DNA of 40,746 nt from Pseudomonadota bacterium (lineage in GTDB: Bacteria; Pseudomonadota; Alphaproteobacteria; Rhizobiales; Rhizobiaceae). The stretch covers positions 1-40,746 of the forward strand of contig JBCCGR010000043.1 in assembly GCA_039029195.1 (NCBI GenBank), in the 5' to 3' direction. The notes under the pieces are model-generated. The model made no database searches and had not been told where the DNA came from. It saw nothing but the letters and a program-made list of their open reading frames with translations. Position 1 is the first letter of the stretch, and each line of letters starts with the position of its first letter. Below, one piece after another: positions 28,798-40,667 of this stretch. Made by a program: the position numbers and the translations under genes.

Positions 28798-29172
28798 ATG
28801 CGAGACTTCAATCACTATCGCAGAGTGCTGGAAAAGCGGCGGTCTGAGCTGAACCAACGCCTGCAGGGCATTGAGCACGATCTTGATGCTCCCAGGGACC
28901 AAGATACCGAAGAGCGGGCCGTGGAAATGGAAGGCGACGAAGTGCTGGAAACCATGGGCATCAATGGTCTGGAAGAACTGGAAGCTATTTCCGCCGCCCT
29001 TACGCGCCTCGATACGGGGACTTATGGGATCTGTGTGGGCTGCGGGGAAGAAATTTCCGATGCCCGGCTACAGGTGCTTCCGGCAACACCGCTCTGCCGT
29101 AACTGCATTTCGCAATCCCAGGCGGAAACGCAGCCGCACATGGCGCGCGCTCCTATGCAGGCCATGTTCTGA
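28798..29172 (+). CDS. DksA/TraR-family C4 zinc-finger protein
   Basis: CVGCGEEI...N17...CRNC four-Cys finger preceded by an acidic coiled-coil. Lies 12 nt downstream of uspA with a GGGAGG RBS. Confidence 0.7.
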   Translation: MRDFNHYRRVLEKRRSELNQRLQGIEHDLDAPRDQDTEERAVEMEGDEVLETMGINGLEELEAISAALTRLDTGTYGICVGCGEEISDARLQVLPATPLCRNCISQSQAETQPHMARAPMQAMF

Positions 29173-29201
29173 CAGGTGTGGCCTTTGTTAAAAACGCAGG
29201 A

Positions 29202-29663
29202 TCACTCCACAGCGTAAAGTGACATGAGGACCTGCGTTTTCTTTCTTGCGCCCGTGCCCACAAACACGGTCGCATTGACCCAGTCATAGCGTTCATCGCC
29301 CGTCTCAAGGCGGGCGATGGTGCGCATGTAGTAGTCTTGCGGTGGAACATCCTCACCGCGCGCCAGTTTCGCCAGCACGTGGGCCGACCCGTGGCGATAG
29401 CCGAAATTGATCACCTCAATCACCGCACCATCAAAAGTCTCGATCGCATAGAGCGTGTCGAGTTCCGCCGAACCATTGGCGAATACGGTTTGCCAGTCCG
29501 CCCCGACATTGAGCAGCTTTCCTTGAATGCGAGGTCCCACCACGGTTCCTCCAATGATCGGGATGATGCGCCGTTTGCCCCCGGGTGCTGTGCCCAGCTC
29601 CTTTATCGGACCGAGCTCAACCGTGTAGTTGCACACAAGGGAAAGTGTTGGGCTTGGCAGCAT
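29202..29663 (-). CDS. DUF3237-family protein
   Basis: 153 aa, hypothetical. Assignment to DUF3237 is recalled from memory, not from a motif check. Confidence 0.35.
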   Translation of the reverse strand: MLPSPTLSLVCNYTVELGPIKELGTAPGGKRRIIPIIGGTVVGPRIQGKLLNVGADWQTVFANGSAELDTLYAIETFDGAVIEVINFGYRHGSAHVLAKLARGEDVPPQDYYMRTIARLETGDERYDWVNATVFVGTGARKKTQVLMSLYAVE

Positions 29664-29895
29664 GGCGGATCATCGTGCAGAGAATTGAGATATTCGCAAC
29701 GATAACCCAGCGTAGTGAATTTTCAAAATTCATATTCCAATTGAATATCTAAGCCCGACCTTGAATTGATGCAACTCAATCCTATGTATTAAATTCCACA
29801 ATATTAATTTATGCCAAAATTATATTCAAAAATGTGAGGCATGAAACCTCATGCAGAGATTTTTGTTTCTATTTGTTCGCGCAGCCATGGATAGA

Positions 29896-29924
29896 TTGAA
29901 ATTTAATTCAAATTATGATATAAT
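29896..29924 (+). promoter_or_regulatory. Consensus-like sigma-70 promoter TTGAAA-N17-TATAAT inside a ~300-nt AT-rich island
   Basis: Hexamers and 17-nt spacer read directly. Predicted TSS about 26 nt before the ATG at 29958. Confidence 0.55.
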
Positions 29925-29957
29925 ATTGGCAAATCATGATGCGAAGAGAGGGAAATT

Positions 29958-31388
29958 ATGCTTGCGTGGCCAATATTTGCAATGTTTGTCATTGCTGCGG
30001 GTTATGTGATTCGCAACAGTTTGAACTTCGATAATCCCAATCTGGACGGGATCGTCAACATGGTCGGTTGGGGGGTCAAAGTGGCAGGTATTCTGCTGTT
30101 CGCCTTCACCACCTTCAACGGCATGTTTTTCTATGCCGAACCGGGCTTCAAATACCACGTGCGGACCATCACCGGTCAGGAAAAAATGGTCTCGGACACG
30201 GGGTACAACATGCACCTGTTCGGGCGCTACAATGCCTGGAAAAATGCCATGTCGGTTCAGGCATCCGCGTCCGGTCATGGACAGATGTCGGCAGAGACCG
30301 ACGGCTCGCAGATGAGTGCCAATCTCGCACCGAAATCGCTGGTGTTCCTGGATCAGGTGGATGCAAATGTCTCGGCGACCGCTCGCTTTGAACTGCCGGC
30401 TGACGAAGAAGCATTCCTGCGCCTTGCGCGCCAATACCGCACACCGGAAAACCTGCTGCGCACGGAGCTCGTGCCGGCCTTTGAAGAGACGCTGGGCGCA
30501 AATGCAGCATTGATGTCGGCGGAGGATTACTTTCAGGGTGGCAAGACCGAGTTCAACAATGAGTTTCTGCGCCAGATGGAGGGTGGCATTTATCTCGTGC
30601 GCCGTATCGAAAAGCGGGTGCAGGTTCAGGGTAATCGTCCCGGCAGTGCAAATGCTGCATTGGGTGAAAACCAGGCGCAGTTTGGAGATGACACCAAAAC
30701 AATCTTCGTGGTTGAAAAGCGTGTGGGTGCAGACGGACAACCGCTCCGCAAGGCGCAATCGTTTGAAAAGTTCGGCATTACCGTCACCTCAGCGCGTGTG
30801 ACCCATGTGGAACCCAACACGCGATTCAAGGACCGTATGAGCCTGCGCCAGCAGGCAGCCGCTGACCGCGCAATTGCCCGTGAAAAGCGGGTGCAGGAAG
30901 AGGAACAGCGTCTCTTGGCAATCGCCAAGGGTGAACGTGAAGTGGCGGAACGTCAGGCTACAGCCAAGGTGGAACAGATTGAAAAAACCACCCAGGCCGA
31001 AACGGAAAAGCAGCTTGCCATCACGGCTGCGGAGCGGGAACGCGAAGCCGCCCGGATCGCCAAGGAGCAGTCTGAAATCCTTCTGGAAAAAGCCAAGATT
31101 GATGCGCAGGCTGTTAAGGTTGCTGCCGATGCTGCGGCCTACGAAAAGCGCGAAATCCTGGCGGCTGACAATGCGCTGGCGCAAAAACTTGATGCCTATA
31201 TCAAGGTCCAGTCGGTCTGGGCGGATGCCTTCTCGCGTCGTCGTGTTCCGGCGACCATCTTCGGCGCGAGCGAGCAGGGACCGGGATCAGACACTGATGT
31301 CACGCGTTTCCTCCAGCTTCTGACAGTGCAGTCGGCGAAGGGGCTTGCTGTGGATCCGAACATCGAGCGGGCGAAGGCATCACAGTAG
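29958..31388 (+). CDS. Flotillin-like SPFH/band-7 membrane protein (putative)
   Basis: N-terminal hydrophobic hairpin, a central domain, then a long Ala/Glu/Lys/Arg-rich coiled-coil (EA-repeat-like) as in YqiK/FloT. RBS AGAGAGGGAAA. Confidence 0.45.
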   Translation: MLAWPIFAMFVIAAGYVIRNSLNFDNPNLDGIVNMVGWGVKVAGILLFAFTTFNGMFFYAEPGFKYHVRTITGQEKMVSDTGYNMHLFGRYNAWKNAMSVQASASGHGQMSAETDGSQMSANLAPKSLVFLDQVDANVSATARFELPADEEAFLRLARQYRTPENLLRTELVPAFEETLGANAALMSAEDYFQGGKTEFNNEFLRQMEGGIYLVRRIEKRVQVQGNRPGSANAALGENQAQFGDDTKTIFVVEKRVGADGQPLRKAQSFEKFGITVTSARVTHVEPNTRFKDRMSLRQQAAADRAIAREKRVQEEEQRLLAIAKGEREVAERQATAKVEQIEKTTQAETEKQLAITAAEREREAARIAKEQSEILLEKAKIDAQAVKVAADAAAYEKREILAADNALAQKLDAYIKVQSVWADAFSRRRVPATIFGASEQGPGSDTDVTRFLQLLTVQSAKGLAVDPNIERAKASQ

Positions 31389-31413
31389 CTCAATATCTTC
31401 TCCCGATTAGAAC

Positions 31414-31437
31414 ACAGGCGCTTCGGCGCCTGTTTTC
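31414..31437 (+). terminator. Intrinsic terminator ACAGGCGC-ttcg-GCGCCTGT followed by TTTCG
   Basis: Read directly, 20 nt after the flotillin-like stop. Confidence 0.6.
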
Positions 31438-31571
31438 GCTTTGGGCCAGATGAAGTGCGTGCTTTCCTGTTTCGGATTATACAAGGTGAGGGTGAGGGTG
31501 AGATGAGTTCAAACCGGGCTGTGGGCGCAACTGGTAAAGTTCAGTCAGGCTAAATTTGAGGGGGGTCGGAA

Positions 31572-32120
31572 ATGCCAACGGCAGGAAAACTGAACGGCAC
31601 GTTGAGGGCTTTCATCGAAAAACAGCCCCTGTTCTTTGTGGCAACGGCTGATCGCGAGGGCCGCGTGAACCTTTCGCCCAAAGGACTTGAGACCTTGCGG
31701 ATTGAGGATGACAATCGCATCGTCTGGCTCAATCTGTCAGGGAGTGGAAATGAAACCGCTGCCCACGTGCGTGCGACAGGTCGCATGACCTTGATGTTCT
31801 GTGCGTTCGAGGGGGACCCATTCATCTTGCGGGTTTATGGAACGGCGAAGGTGCTGCATCCGCGCGATGCAGTTTGGGATGACCTCGCGTCAGAGTTCCC
31901 GCAGCTTGCCGGAAGTCGACAGATTTTTGATCTCCACGTTGATCTGGTGCAGACATCCTGCGGGTCGGGCGTGCCGGTCATGAAGTTTGAACGCTCGCGC
32001 GGCGAGGAAGAACTGGTTCCTTTCTATGACGAGATGGGGCCAGAAGGCGTCAAAGATTATTGGCGAAAGAAGAATGTTGAAACGGTCGATGGGAAGCCAA
32101 CCGGCATTTTCGACGATTGA
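31572..32120 (+). CDS. Pyridoxamine 5'-phosphate oxidase-like FMN-binding split-barrel protein
   Basis: LFFVATADREGRVNLSPKG... matches the PNPOx-like family pattern. GAGGGGGG RBS. Confidence 0.65.
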   Translation: MPTAGKLNGTLRAFIEKQPLFFVATADREGRVNLSPKGLETLRIEDDNRIVWLNLSGSGNETAAHVRATGRMTLMFCAFEGDPFILRVYGTAKVLHPRDAVWDDLASEFPQLAGSRQIFDLHVDLVQTSCGSGVPVMKFERSRGEEELVPFYDEMGPEGVKDYWRKKNVETVDGKPTGIFDD

Positions 32121-32139
32121 ATTTTAACACGTCCATCGG

Positions 32140-32265
32140 GCTCGGTATGAGCCATCAGTTGATATGCGACAAGAAACAAATGTGTGGTTCAAAGTGCGCC
32201 CCACACTCTACGCTCGGTAACTCATTGCAGGGTAGAGGGCATGCTCTTACCCTGATGGCTCGACG
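32140..32265 (+). other. Candidate structured RNA / leader element (nested stems) upstream of the tandem SnoaL gene
   Basis: 10-bp outer stem GAGCCATCAG (32149-32158) pairs with CTGATGGCTC (32252-32261). It encloses a GTGTGG...CCACAC stem and a GGGTAGAG...CTCTTACCC stem. Not recognisable as a known riboswitch from sequence alone. Confidence 0.25.
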
Positions 32266-32297
32266 GTTTAATTTCAGAGCTTCAAGCGAAGGGTGCC

Positions 32298-33317
32298 ATG
32301 GGCGAGATCAATCAGAGAAACAAACAGACCGCCCGTACCTGGTGGGAGGTTGCGGATGCGGCATCTCCCGCTGATCTGTCCGCCGAGGCTTCAGCGCTTC
32401 TGGCGCCGGATGTAAAATGGCAGGGGTTTGCGCCCTTGTCAGACACAGTTGGCATCGAACCTCTCATCAACCAATATCTGGCGCCGCTCCGCGCTTCGTT
32501 CTCCAGTCTAAGCCGCCAGGTTCATATTGTGATGGGTGGGCGCTCGGATGGCAAAGCTGATGGGAGCAAAGACGGTGCCTGGTGGGTTGGCGGCACGGGT
32601 TATCTGTGTGGTCATCAGCATGAAGATCTGTGGGGCATTCCGGCGCGCAATCAGCACTTGCGGCTGCGCTGGGGCGAGTCTCTTGAATTTGATGATGCGG
32701 GCAAAATCATCCGCATTCAGATGTTGATCGATGTGATCGACTGGCTGGAGCAGATTGGTCTATCGCCCCTGCCAGCACCGCGCGGTGCGCCCTTTGTCTA
32801 TCCTGCACCCACGGGCAGGAGCGGTGCGCTGTGGGAGGATCAGGGCGATGCAAGTGAAATGCTCGCCTTTGCACGGCAGTTCATTTTCGGTGGCCTGAAC
32901 GCCTTTGATCAATCCAATCTGAAATCCATGAAGATGGCCGATTATTTTCACCCGAACCTGAAATGGTATGGTCCAGGCGGAATTGGGGCCTGTCTTTCAC
33001 TCGCAGAATTTGAAGGCCTTCATCAGCAACCCTGGCTGACAGCTTTTCCAGATCGAAAAGTGGGGGATCTCGACAATCTGATTGCGGAAGGGGATTTTGT
33101 GGGTGCTTCAAGCCTTCCCGGCGTTCATCTCACCCACACCGGCCCCTATCTCGGCCACGTTGCGTCGAGCAAACCGGCTGGTGTAAACGGCATCGATTTC
33201 TGGCGTCACGAAAATGGGCAGTTCACCGAAAACTGGGTGTTTGTCGACATGCTGCATCTCTTTCAGCAATTCGGCATCGACCTGATGGAGCGGGTTCGCC
33301 ACATGGCAGATCGATAG
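32298..33317 (+). CDS. Tandem SnoaL-like / NTF2-like (ester-cyclase-like) two-domain protein
   Basis: Two successive ~150-aa NTF2-like halves. GAAGGGTG RBS. Confidence 0.55.
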   Translation: MGEINQRNKQTARTWWEVADAASPADLSAEASALLAPDVKWQGFAPLSDTVGIEPLINQYLAPLRASFSSLSRQVHIVMGGRSDGKADGSKDGAWWVGGTGYLCGHQHEDLWGIPARNQHLRLRWGESLEFDDAGKIIRIQMLIDVIDWLEQIGLSPLPAPRGAPFVYPAPTGRSGALWEDQGDASEMLAFARQFIFGGLNAFDQSNLKSMKMADYFHPNLKWYGPGGIGACLSLAEFEGLHQQPWLTAFPDRKVGDLDNLIAEGDFVGASSLPGVHLTHTGPYLGHVASSKPAGVNGIDFWRHENGQFTENWVFVDMLHLFQQFGIDLMERVRHMADR

Positions 33318-33354
33318 GTTCAGTTTCGGAGAGCAGAGAAGAGAGGGTGTGACC

Positions 33355-33726
33355 ATGGAAAGAGAAGCATCCTGTTCGTGTGGAACCCTGCGGGTCACCT
33401 GCTACGGCGAGCCGCTGCTTGTTTCCCTGTGCCACTGCATTGCCTGCAAAAAGCGCACAGGTGGCCCGTTCGGCGTCGGCGCCTTCTTCAACAGAGACAA
33501 GGTTGAGATTGAGGGCGATTACAAAACCTATGAGCGGTCGTCCGACAGCGGCTACAAAGTCGCCTTCCACTTCTGCTCGAACTGCGGCTCCACGGTGTTC
33601 TGGGAACCTGAACGCAAGCCTGACGTCATCGCGGTGGGCATCGGTTCGTTTGGCGATCCGACCTTCCGGCAACCGGATCAGGAGGTCTATACCGACCACC
33701 GCCATGATTGGGTGCCGGTGCTTTAG
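33355..33726 (+). CDS. GFA-family (glutathione-dependent formaldehyde-activating / CENP-V-like) zinc protein
   Basis: CSCGTL...CHCIAC...CSNCGS cysteine pattern typical of GFA. ATG 33355 follows a GAGAGGGTG RBS (the track starts at GTG 33349). Confidence 0.75.
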   Translation: MEREASCSCGTLRVTCYGEPLLVSLCHCIACKKRTGGPFGVGAFFNRDKVEIEGDYKTYERSSDSGYKVAFHFCSNCGSTVFWEPERKPDVIAVGIGSFGDPTFRQPDQEVYTDHRHDWVPVL

Positions 33727-33781
33727 CGCGCAAAAACGCTTCGCAGAAACGCCGATGTGCTCTGGAGCTTAACGTGATGCC

Positions 33782-34766
33782 CTAAAGCCAGTCCACAAAC
33801 TGCCCGTGCGGCCCTGTTCGGGCGAGTGGCTGTCCGTTGTGGGAAAGCACAAATGCACCAGACCGATGCTCGAATTCATCCAGTCCCGCAATGTCGGGAA
33901 GAACCCGAACCCCTTCATTTGCAATCCACTCCGCGCCAATGTCTCTCGCCAGCGCCGCAAACTGCCGACGTGTGGCCAGTGGAACATAGTTCAGCACGGC
34001 AGTGTGAAAAATGACGAGCCGAGCGTCACTTGGCGCTTCTGCAGCCATGGCCTCGATATCCATCAACAGATCGCCGGAATGAACCGTTGGTGGGTTTTGC
34101 CGGGCAATTGCGATTGCACTCTCCAGCTTCGACAGGCGCTCCACCTGTTCCGGCCAGACGAGTGTTTTCAGCCATTGCATATCATCGTCATTGGTGACGC
34201 TCAGCGGATTAACATCGATGCCGGCGCGCCAAACGATCTGCGGATAGTTTTCGGGAACTGGCGTTGAAGCCGAAGCCCTACACTGAAAAACCGGAGCATC
34301 ACTGTTCGGCGGCGTTAGTCTGGCGCTGCCATAATCGTAGCCATATCGGTCAATTAGCAGACACAGACCTGCCGAAGCCCCGACCTCAATGATTGCGAGG
34401 GGCTCATCAATTCGAGCGAGTGCTGGCAGCAGACAGGCGCAACGGGCTGGTTCGTTGGTTTGCGTTGAACGGGCAAGGATAACCGGCGCCACTGCGTCCC
34501 AGGATGGGAGTGTATGTGCGGCGAAATCTGTCCCACCTTCCGGCAGGCCAACTGCATGTCGTGCTGCTGCAAACAGCAGATTGGGCTGCTGTTTGCCGAG
34601 TGGCAGTTTCAGAAGTTTCTGAAGCAGGCTCGTATTTTCAGCGACAGAATTGGCGAAGGACTCGTAGAGCGGCGATACCCCTTTCGCCTCTTGCGTGGCG
34701 AAGAGGCGGTAGCGTTCGGCCAGCTCATCAGTGCTCGTCTTCACGAGCGGACGGGAACATATATCC

Positions 34767-34774
<8 letters not shown>
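33782..34774 (-). CDS. DUF2332-family protein; start codon unresolved
   Basis: [20 protein letters not shown]...[22 protein letters not shown] resembles the DUF2332 pattern. There is no in-frame ATG between the ORF top (34885, inside secA) and residue ~240. Candidate TTG (34774) or GTG (34744) starts lie just past the secA stop. Confidence 0.45.
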
Positions 34775-37502
<2,728 letters not shown>

Positions 37503-37866
37503 GAATGTGCTCTCAAACTTTAGCCGGCTGAACACCGGAAAATGACTGGAATTTGACCGCCAGAACAAACACAATAAATACCGGTTAACTTGGCTGTAAG
37601 CCTGCAATCAACAAAGCAAATTGCATTCTGGACGTCGACTGCAAGGACAGATAAGAGGGGGGGTACATGATGTCAACGCAATTGCTGCCTCCTGCCAAGC
37701 TGTCCGGCCCCGCGCAGCGCTTTGTTTGGTTGACTGCCAACCCGCCCTGCGACGAACTGCACTTTCGTGTTTTCCCGTCTTTCGTTCACTCGGTTCGCAA
37801 TTTCGAACCTGCTTGTTGCTTCGCGTTCCCAGCATTTCTCACCTCTCTCAAACACACGGATCATTC

Positions 37867-38853
37867 ATGACCTTGCTTCCCTCCCATCCCGCCATTTCCG
37901 GTCTTGTTATGACGCCCCGGCGATTGCTGACTGGTCGTCGTTTGCCAGCACTGACATCGGCTGTCGGACTGGCGTTTGCATTGAGCTTCTCTCCGCTCGG
38001 TTCCACTTCCGATGTCTTTGCCCAGACAAAAACTGATGCGGAAACCGCAGCGGCGGAAAAGGCGAGCGAAAAACCTGCTGAAAAATCTCTCGACGAAGTG
38101 ATTGCCACCGTTGGCGATGTGAAGATCACCCGGCGCGATCTTGCGGTTGCCGCAACCGATCTGGGGCAGCAGTTTCAGAACGTTCCGGCAGATCAGCGCG
38201 AGAAGGCAATCCTGCGTGCGCTTGTCGACATCCATGTGCTCGCAAAGAAGGCTGAGGACGAAGGTGTCGCCAACGAACCAAACGTGAAGGCCGGCCTTGC
38301 CATTTTGCGTGCCCGCTCGCTTCACAACACATACTTCCGACGCAACATTCAAAATTCTATTTCGCAGGCCGACGTCAAGGCCCGCTATGACAAGGAGATC
38401 GCCAATGCGCCAAAGGAAAAGGAAGTGCGCGCCCGGCATATTCTGGTGAAGACCCGCTCCGAGGCCGAGGAAATCATCAAGGAACTTGATGGGGGGGCGG
38501 ATTTTGAAAAGCTCGCCAAGGAAAAGTCCACCGGTCCAAGCGGTCCAAAGGGTGGCGATCTTGGGTTTTTTGGTCGCGGTCAGATGGTGCCTAACTTCTC
38601 AAAGGCCGCCTTTGCGCTGGAACCTGGAAAATACACCAAGGAACCAGTGCAGACCCAGTTTGGTTTTCACGTGATCAAGGTGGAGGAAGCCAGAGACAAA
38701 GCCCCGCCAGCGCTGGCGCAGGTGCAGAAAAACGTCTCCGATCTCATCATGCGTGAGCGCTACACCAAGGCCGTTTCAGACGCGCGAAAGGCGACAAAAA
38801 TCGAGTATCTCGACAAGGCACTGATTCCGGCAGAACCGGCTGTTAAGGAGTGA
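37867..38853 (+). CDS. Parvulin-type peptidyl-prolyl cis-trans isomerase (SurA/PpiD-like, periplasmic)
   Basis: Signal peptide (alternative start MTPRRLL at 37909), a chaperone-like N-domain, and a PpiC core RARHILVKT...GDLGFFGRGQMVPNF...FGFHVIKV. Conserved secA / PPIase / argJ neighbourhood. Confidence 0.8.
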   Translation: MTLLPSHPAISGLVMTPRRLLTGRRLPALTSAVGLAFALSFSPLGSTSDVFAQTKTDAETAAAEKASEKPAEKSLDEVIATVGDVKITRRDLAVAATDLGQQFQNVPADQREKAILRALVDIHVLAKKAEDEGVANEPNVKAGLAILRARSLHNTYFRRNIQNSISQADVKARYDKEIANAPKEKEVRARHILVKTRSEAEEIIKELDGGADFEKLAKEKSTGPSGPKGGDLGFFGRGQMVPNFSKAAFALEPGKYTKEPVQTQFGFHVIKVEEARDKAPPALAQVQKNVSDLIMRERYTKAVSDARKATKIEYLDKALIPAEPAVKE

Positions 38854-38892
38854 GACTGTCACATTCAGCTTTGAGTGCATATTTTTAGCACT

Positions 38893-38921
38893 GGATTCCC
38901 GCTGTAGCGGGAATGACAAAG
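38893..38921. repeat. REP-like palindromic element GGATTCCCGCT-gt-AGCGGGAATGACAAAG (family copy 3)
   Basis: Perfect 9-bp stem. Same framing as copies 1 and 2. Confidence 0.65.
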
Positions 38922-39001
38922 TTCAGGATGCAGACGCTCTATTTACAGGGCAAAATGTCGGTGGCGTTTTTTTGATTGAGCCGTCCCTATGCCCCATTGT
39001 C

Positions 39002-39021
39002 ACCCCCGCCAAAGCGGGGGT
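39002..39021. repeat. Hairpin ACCCCCGC-caaa-GCGGGGGT
   Basis: Read directly. Lies in the 442-nt ppi-argJ spacer. Confidence 0.5.
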
Positions 39022-39152
39022 CCAGAGCGGAAAAGACAATCTCCTGATGTCATCCTCGGACCGGCGGTGCCATGAAATCGCAAACGCCGTGATCCGGGGA
39101 CCCACCCCGTTCACTTTCGACTTCGGAGGACTTTGCAAGGTCACGGAATGGG

Positions 39153-39173
39153 CCCTCGGGTCAAGCCCGAGGG
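39153..39173. repeat. Hairpin CCCTCGGG-tcaag-CCCGAGGG flanked by GGAATG ... TGACAATAG (degenerate REP-like copy?)
   Basis: Read directly. Confidence 0.45.
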
Positions 39174-39295
39174 TGACAATAGAGGGTTGGTTTTCCAGCA
39201 TCACCTTCTCAAATTTTCTCACTTGGCCGATGAGTGACGGCCATCCATAGATTTGATACGCTCGACCAACTCTGCCTCTTCCAACGGACCCTAAT

Positions 39296-40531
39296 ATGGA
39301 CCTCAAACGCTCGCCACTCGCGCCGGATACGCTGGCCAATCTGCCCGCCATCAACGGGGTCCGCATCGCTACGGCTGCGACGGGCATGAAATATGCCGGG
39401 CGCGATGATTTCATGCTCATGCTGTTTGATGAAGGGGCGACGATTGCGGGTGTCTTCACCACCTCGCGGTGCCCGTCCGCGCCCGTCGACTGGTGCCGGG
39501 AGCGGCTGGGCAATGGCCGGGTCGGCGCGATTGCGGTCAATGCGGGCAATGCAAACGCCTTCACTGGTCAGAAGGGCATTCAGGCCGTAGAGGAGACCGC
39601 CGCCGGGATATCCAGCGCAGCCGGCGTTGATGCAAGCCACATCCATCTGGCATCGACTGGCGTGATTGGGGAACCACTGGAAGCGTCCATGCTGACGGGT
39701 CACCTTGCAGATATGGTTGGTCGGGCCACGTCCGAAAATTGGCCAAGTGCTGCGGAAGCCATTCGCACCACGGACACGTTTGCAAAGCTCGCAACAGCCA
39801 ATGCCGACATCGATGGGAAGACCGTCACAATCAACGGCATTGCCAAGGGTTCAGGCATGATCGCGCCCGACATGGCGACCATGCTTGCCTTCGTTGTGAC
39901 CGACGCCCCGATTGCAGCACCCGTCTTGCGGTCACTACTGACGGCATCCAACGAAACCAGTTTCAACGCTGTAACGGTCGACAGCGACACATCCACCAGC
40001 GACACCGTGCTGGCGGTGGCAACCGGCGCAGCGGATGGTGTTTCAGCCATCACCGAAGAAACTGATCCTCGTCTTGCCGGGTTCAGATCGGCCTTTGATA
40101 CAGTCATGCAGGACCTCGCATTGCAGGTGGTTCGCGATGGTGAAGGCGCAACCAAGCTTGTGAAAATCACGATTGAGGGCGCTGAAGATGCAGGTTCTGC
40201 AAAACGCATCGCACTCGCCGTCGCCAATTCACCGCTGGTGAAGACAGCGATAGCCGGAGAAGACGCAAACTGGGGCCGGATCGTCATGGCCATCGGCAAG
40301 GCGGGCGAAACAGCCGATCGCGACCAACTTTCCATATCGTTCGGTGATGTGGAAGTGGCGCGCAATGGTGAACGCGTACCGGATTATTCGGAAGAAGCGG
40401 CCAGTGCCGTTATGCAGCGCGATGAAATCGCCATTTCAGCCAATGTGGGTGTCGGTAACGGCAGCGCCACTGTTTGGACCTGTGACCTCACGAAGACCTA
40501 TATCGAGATCAATGGTGACTATCGGAGTTAG
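39296..40531 (+). CDS. argJ: Bifunctional glutamate N-acetyltransferase / amino-acid acetyltransferase ArgJ
   Basis: 411 aa. ...[11 protein letters not shown]... shows the autoproteolytic Thr in the ATML motif. Ends with the conserved C-terminal region. Confidence 0.9.
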   Translation: MDLKRSPLAPDTLANLPAINGVRIATAATGMKYAGRDDFMLMLFDEGATIAGVFTTSRCPSAPVDWCRERLGNGRVGAIAVNAGNANAFTGQKGIQAVEETAAGISSAAGVDASHIHLASTGVIGEPLEASMLTGHLADMVGRATSENWPSAAEAIRTTDTFAKLATANADIDGKTVTINGIAKGSGMIAPDMATMLAFVVTDAPIAAPVLRSLLTASNETSFNAVTVDSDTSTSDTVLAVATGAADGVSAITEETDPRLAGFRSAFDTVMQDLALQVVRDGEGATKLVKITIEGAEDAGSAKRIALAVANSPLVKTAIAGEDANWGRIVMAIGKAGETADRDQLSISFGDVEVARNGERVPDYSEEAASAVMQRDEIAISANVGVGNGSATVWTCDLTKTYIEINGDYRS

Positions 40532-40572
40532 GACTTCAGAAGGTTTAGAAGCAATTGCCGGACTGTCAATTT

Positions 40573-40598
40573 CCCTCCCCTTTTTCAAAAGGGGAGGG
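40573..40598. repeat. 12-bp perfect palindrome CCCTCCCCTTTT-tc-AAAAGGGGAGGG after argJ
   Basis: Read directly. The U/A runs lie inside the stem, so it is not a canonical intrinsic terminator. Confidence 0.5.
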
Positions 40599-40615
40599 TG
40601 GCATTACGAAATCAT

Positions 40616-40667
40616 GACGGGTGGGGATTTTGGTTGATGTCTCCCCCACCCGTCGTCATACGACGAC
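40616..40667. repeat. GC-rich nested palindromes GACGGGTGGGGA...TCCCCCACCCGTC and GTCGTC-atac-GACGAC
   Basis: Read directly. Further CCTCC/GGAGG and CCGG-aggg-CCGG palindromes follow up to the window end. Confidence 0.45.

Noticed and set aside
38923-39564. 213-aa minus-strand ORF and 38972-39250 plus-strand ORF
   Set aside because: They span the REP/hairpin-rich spacer and run antisense into argJ. The hairpins create artificial open frames.
39700-40365. 221-aa minus-strand ORF
   Set aside because: Antisense within argJ, Ser/Ala-rich shadow frame.
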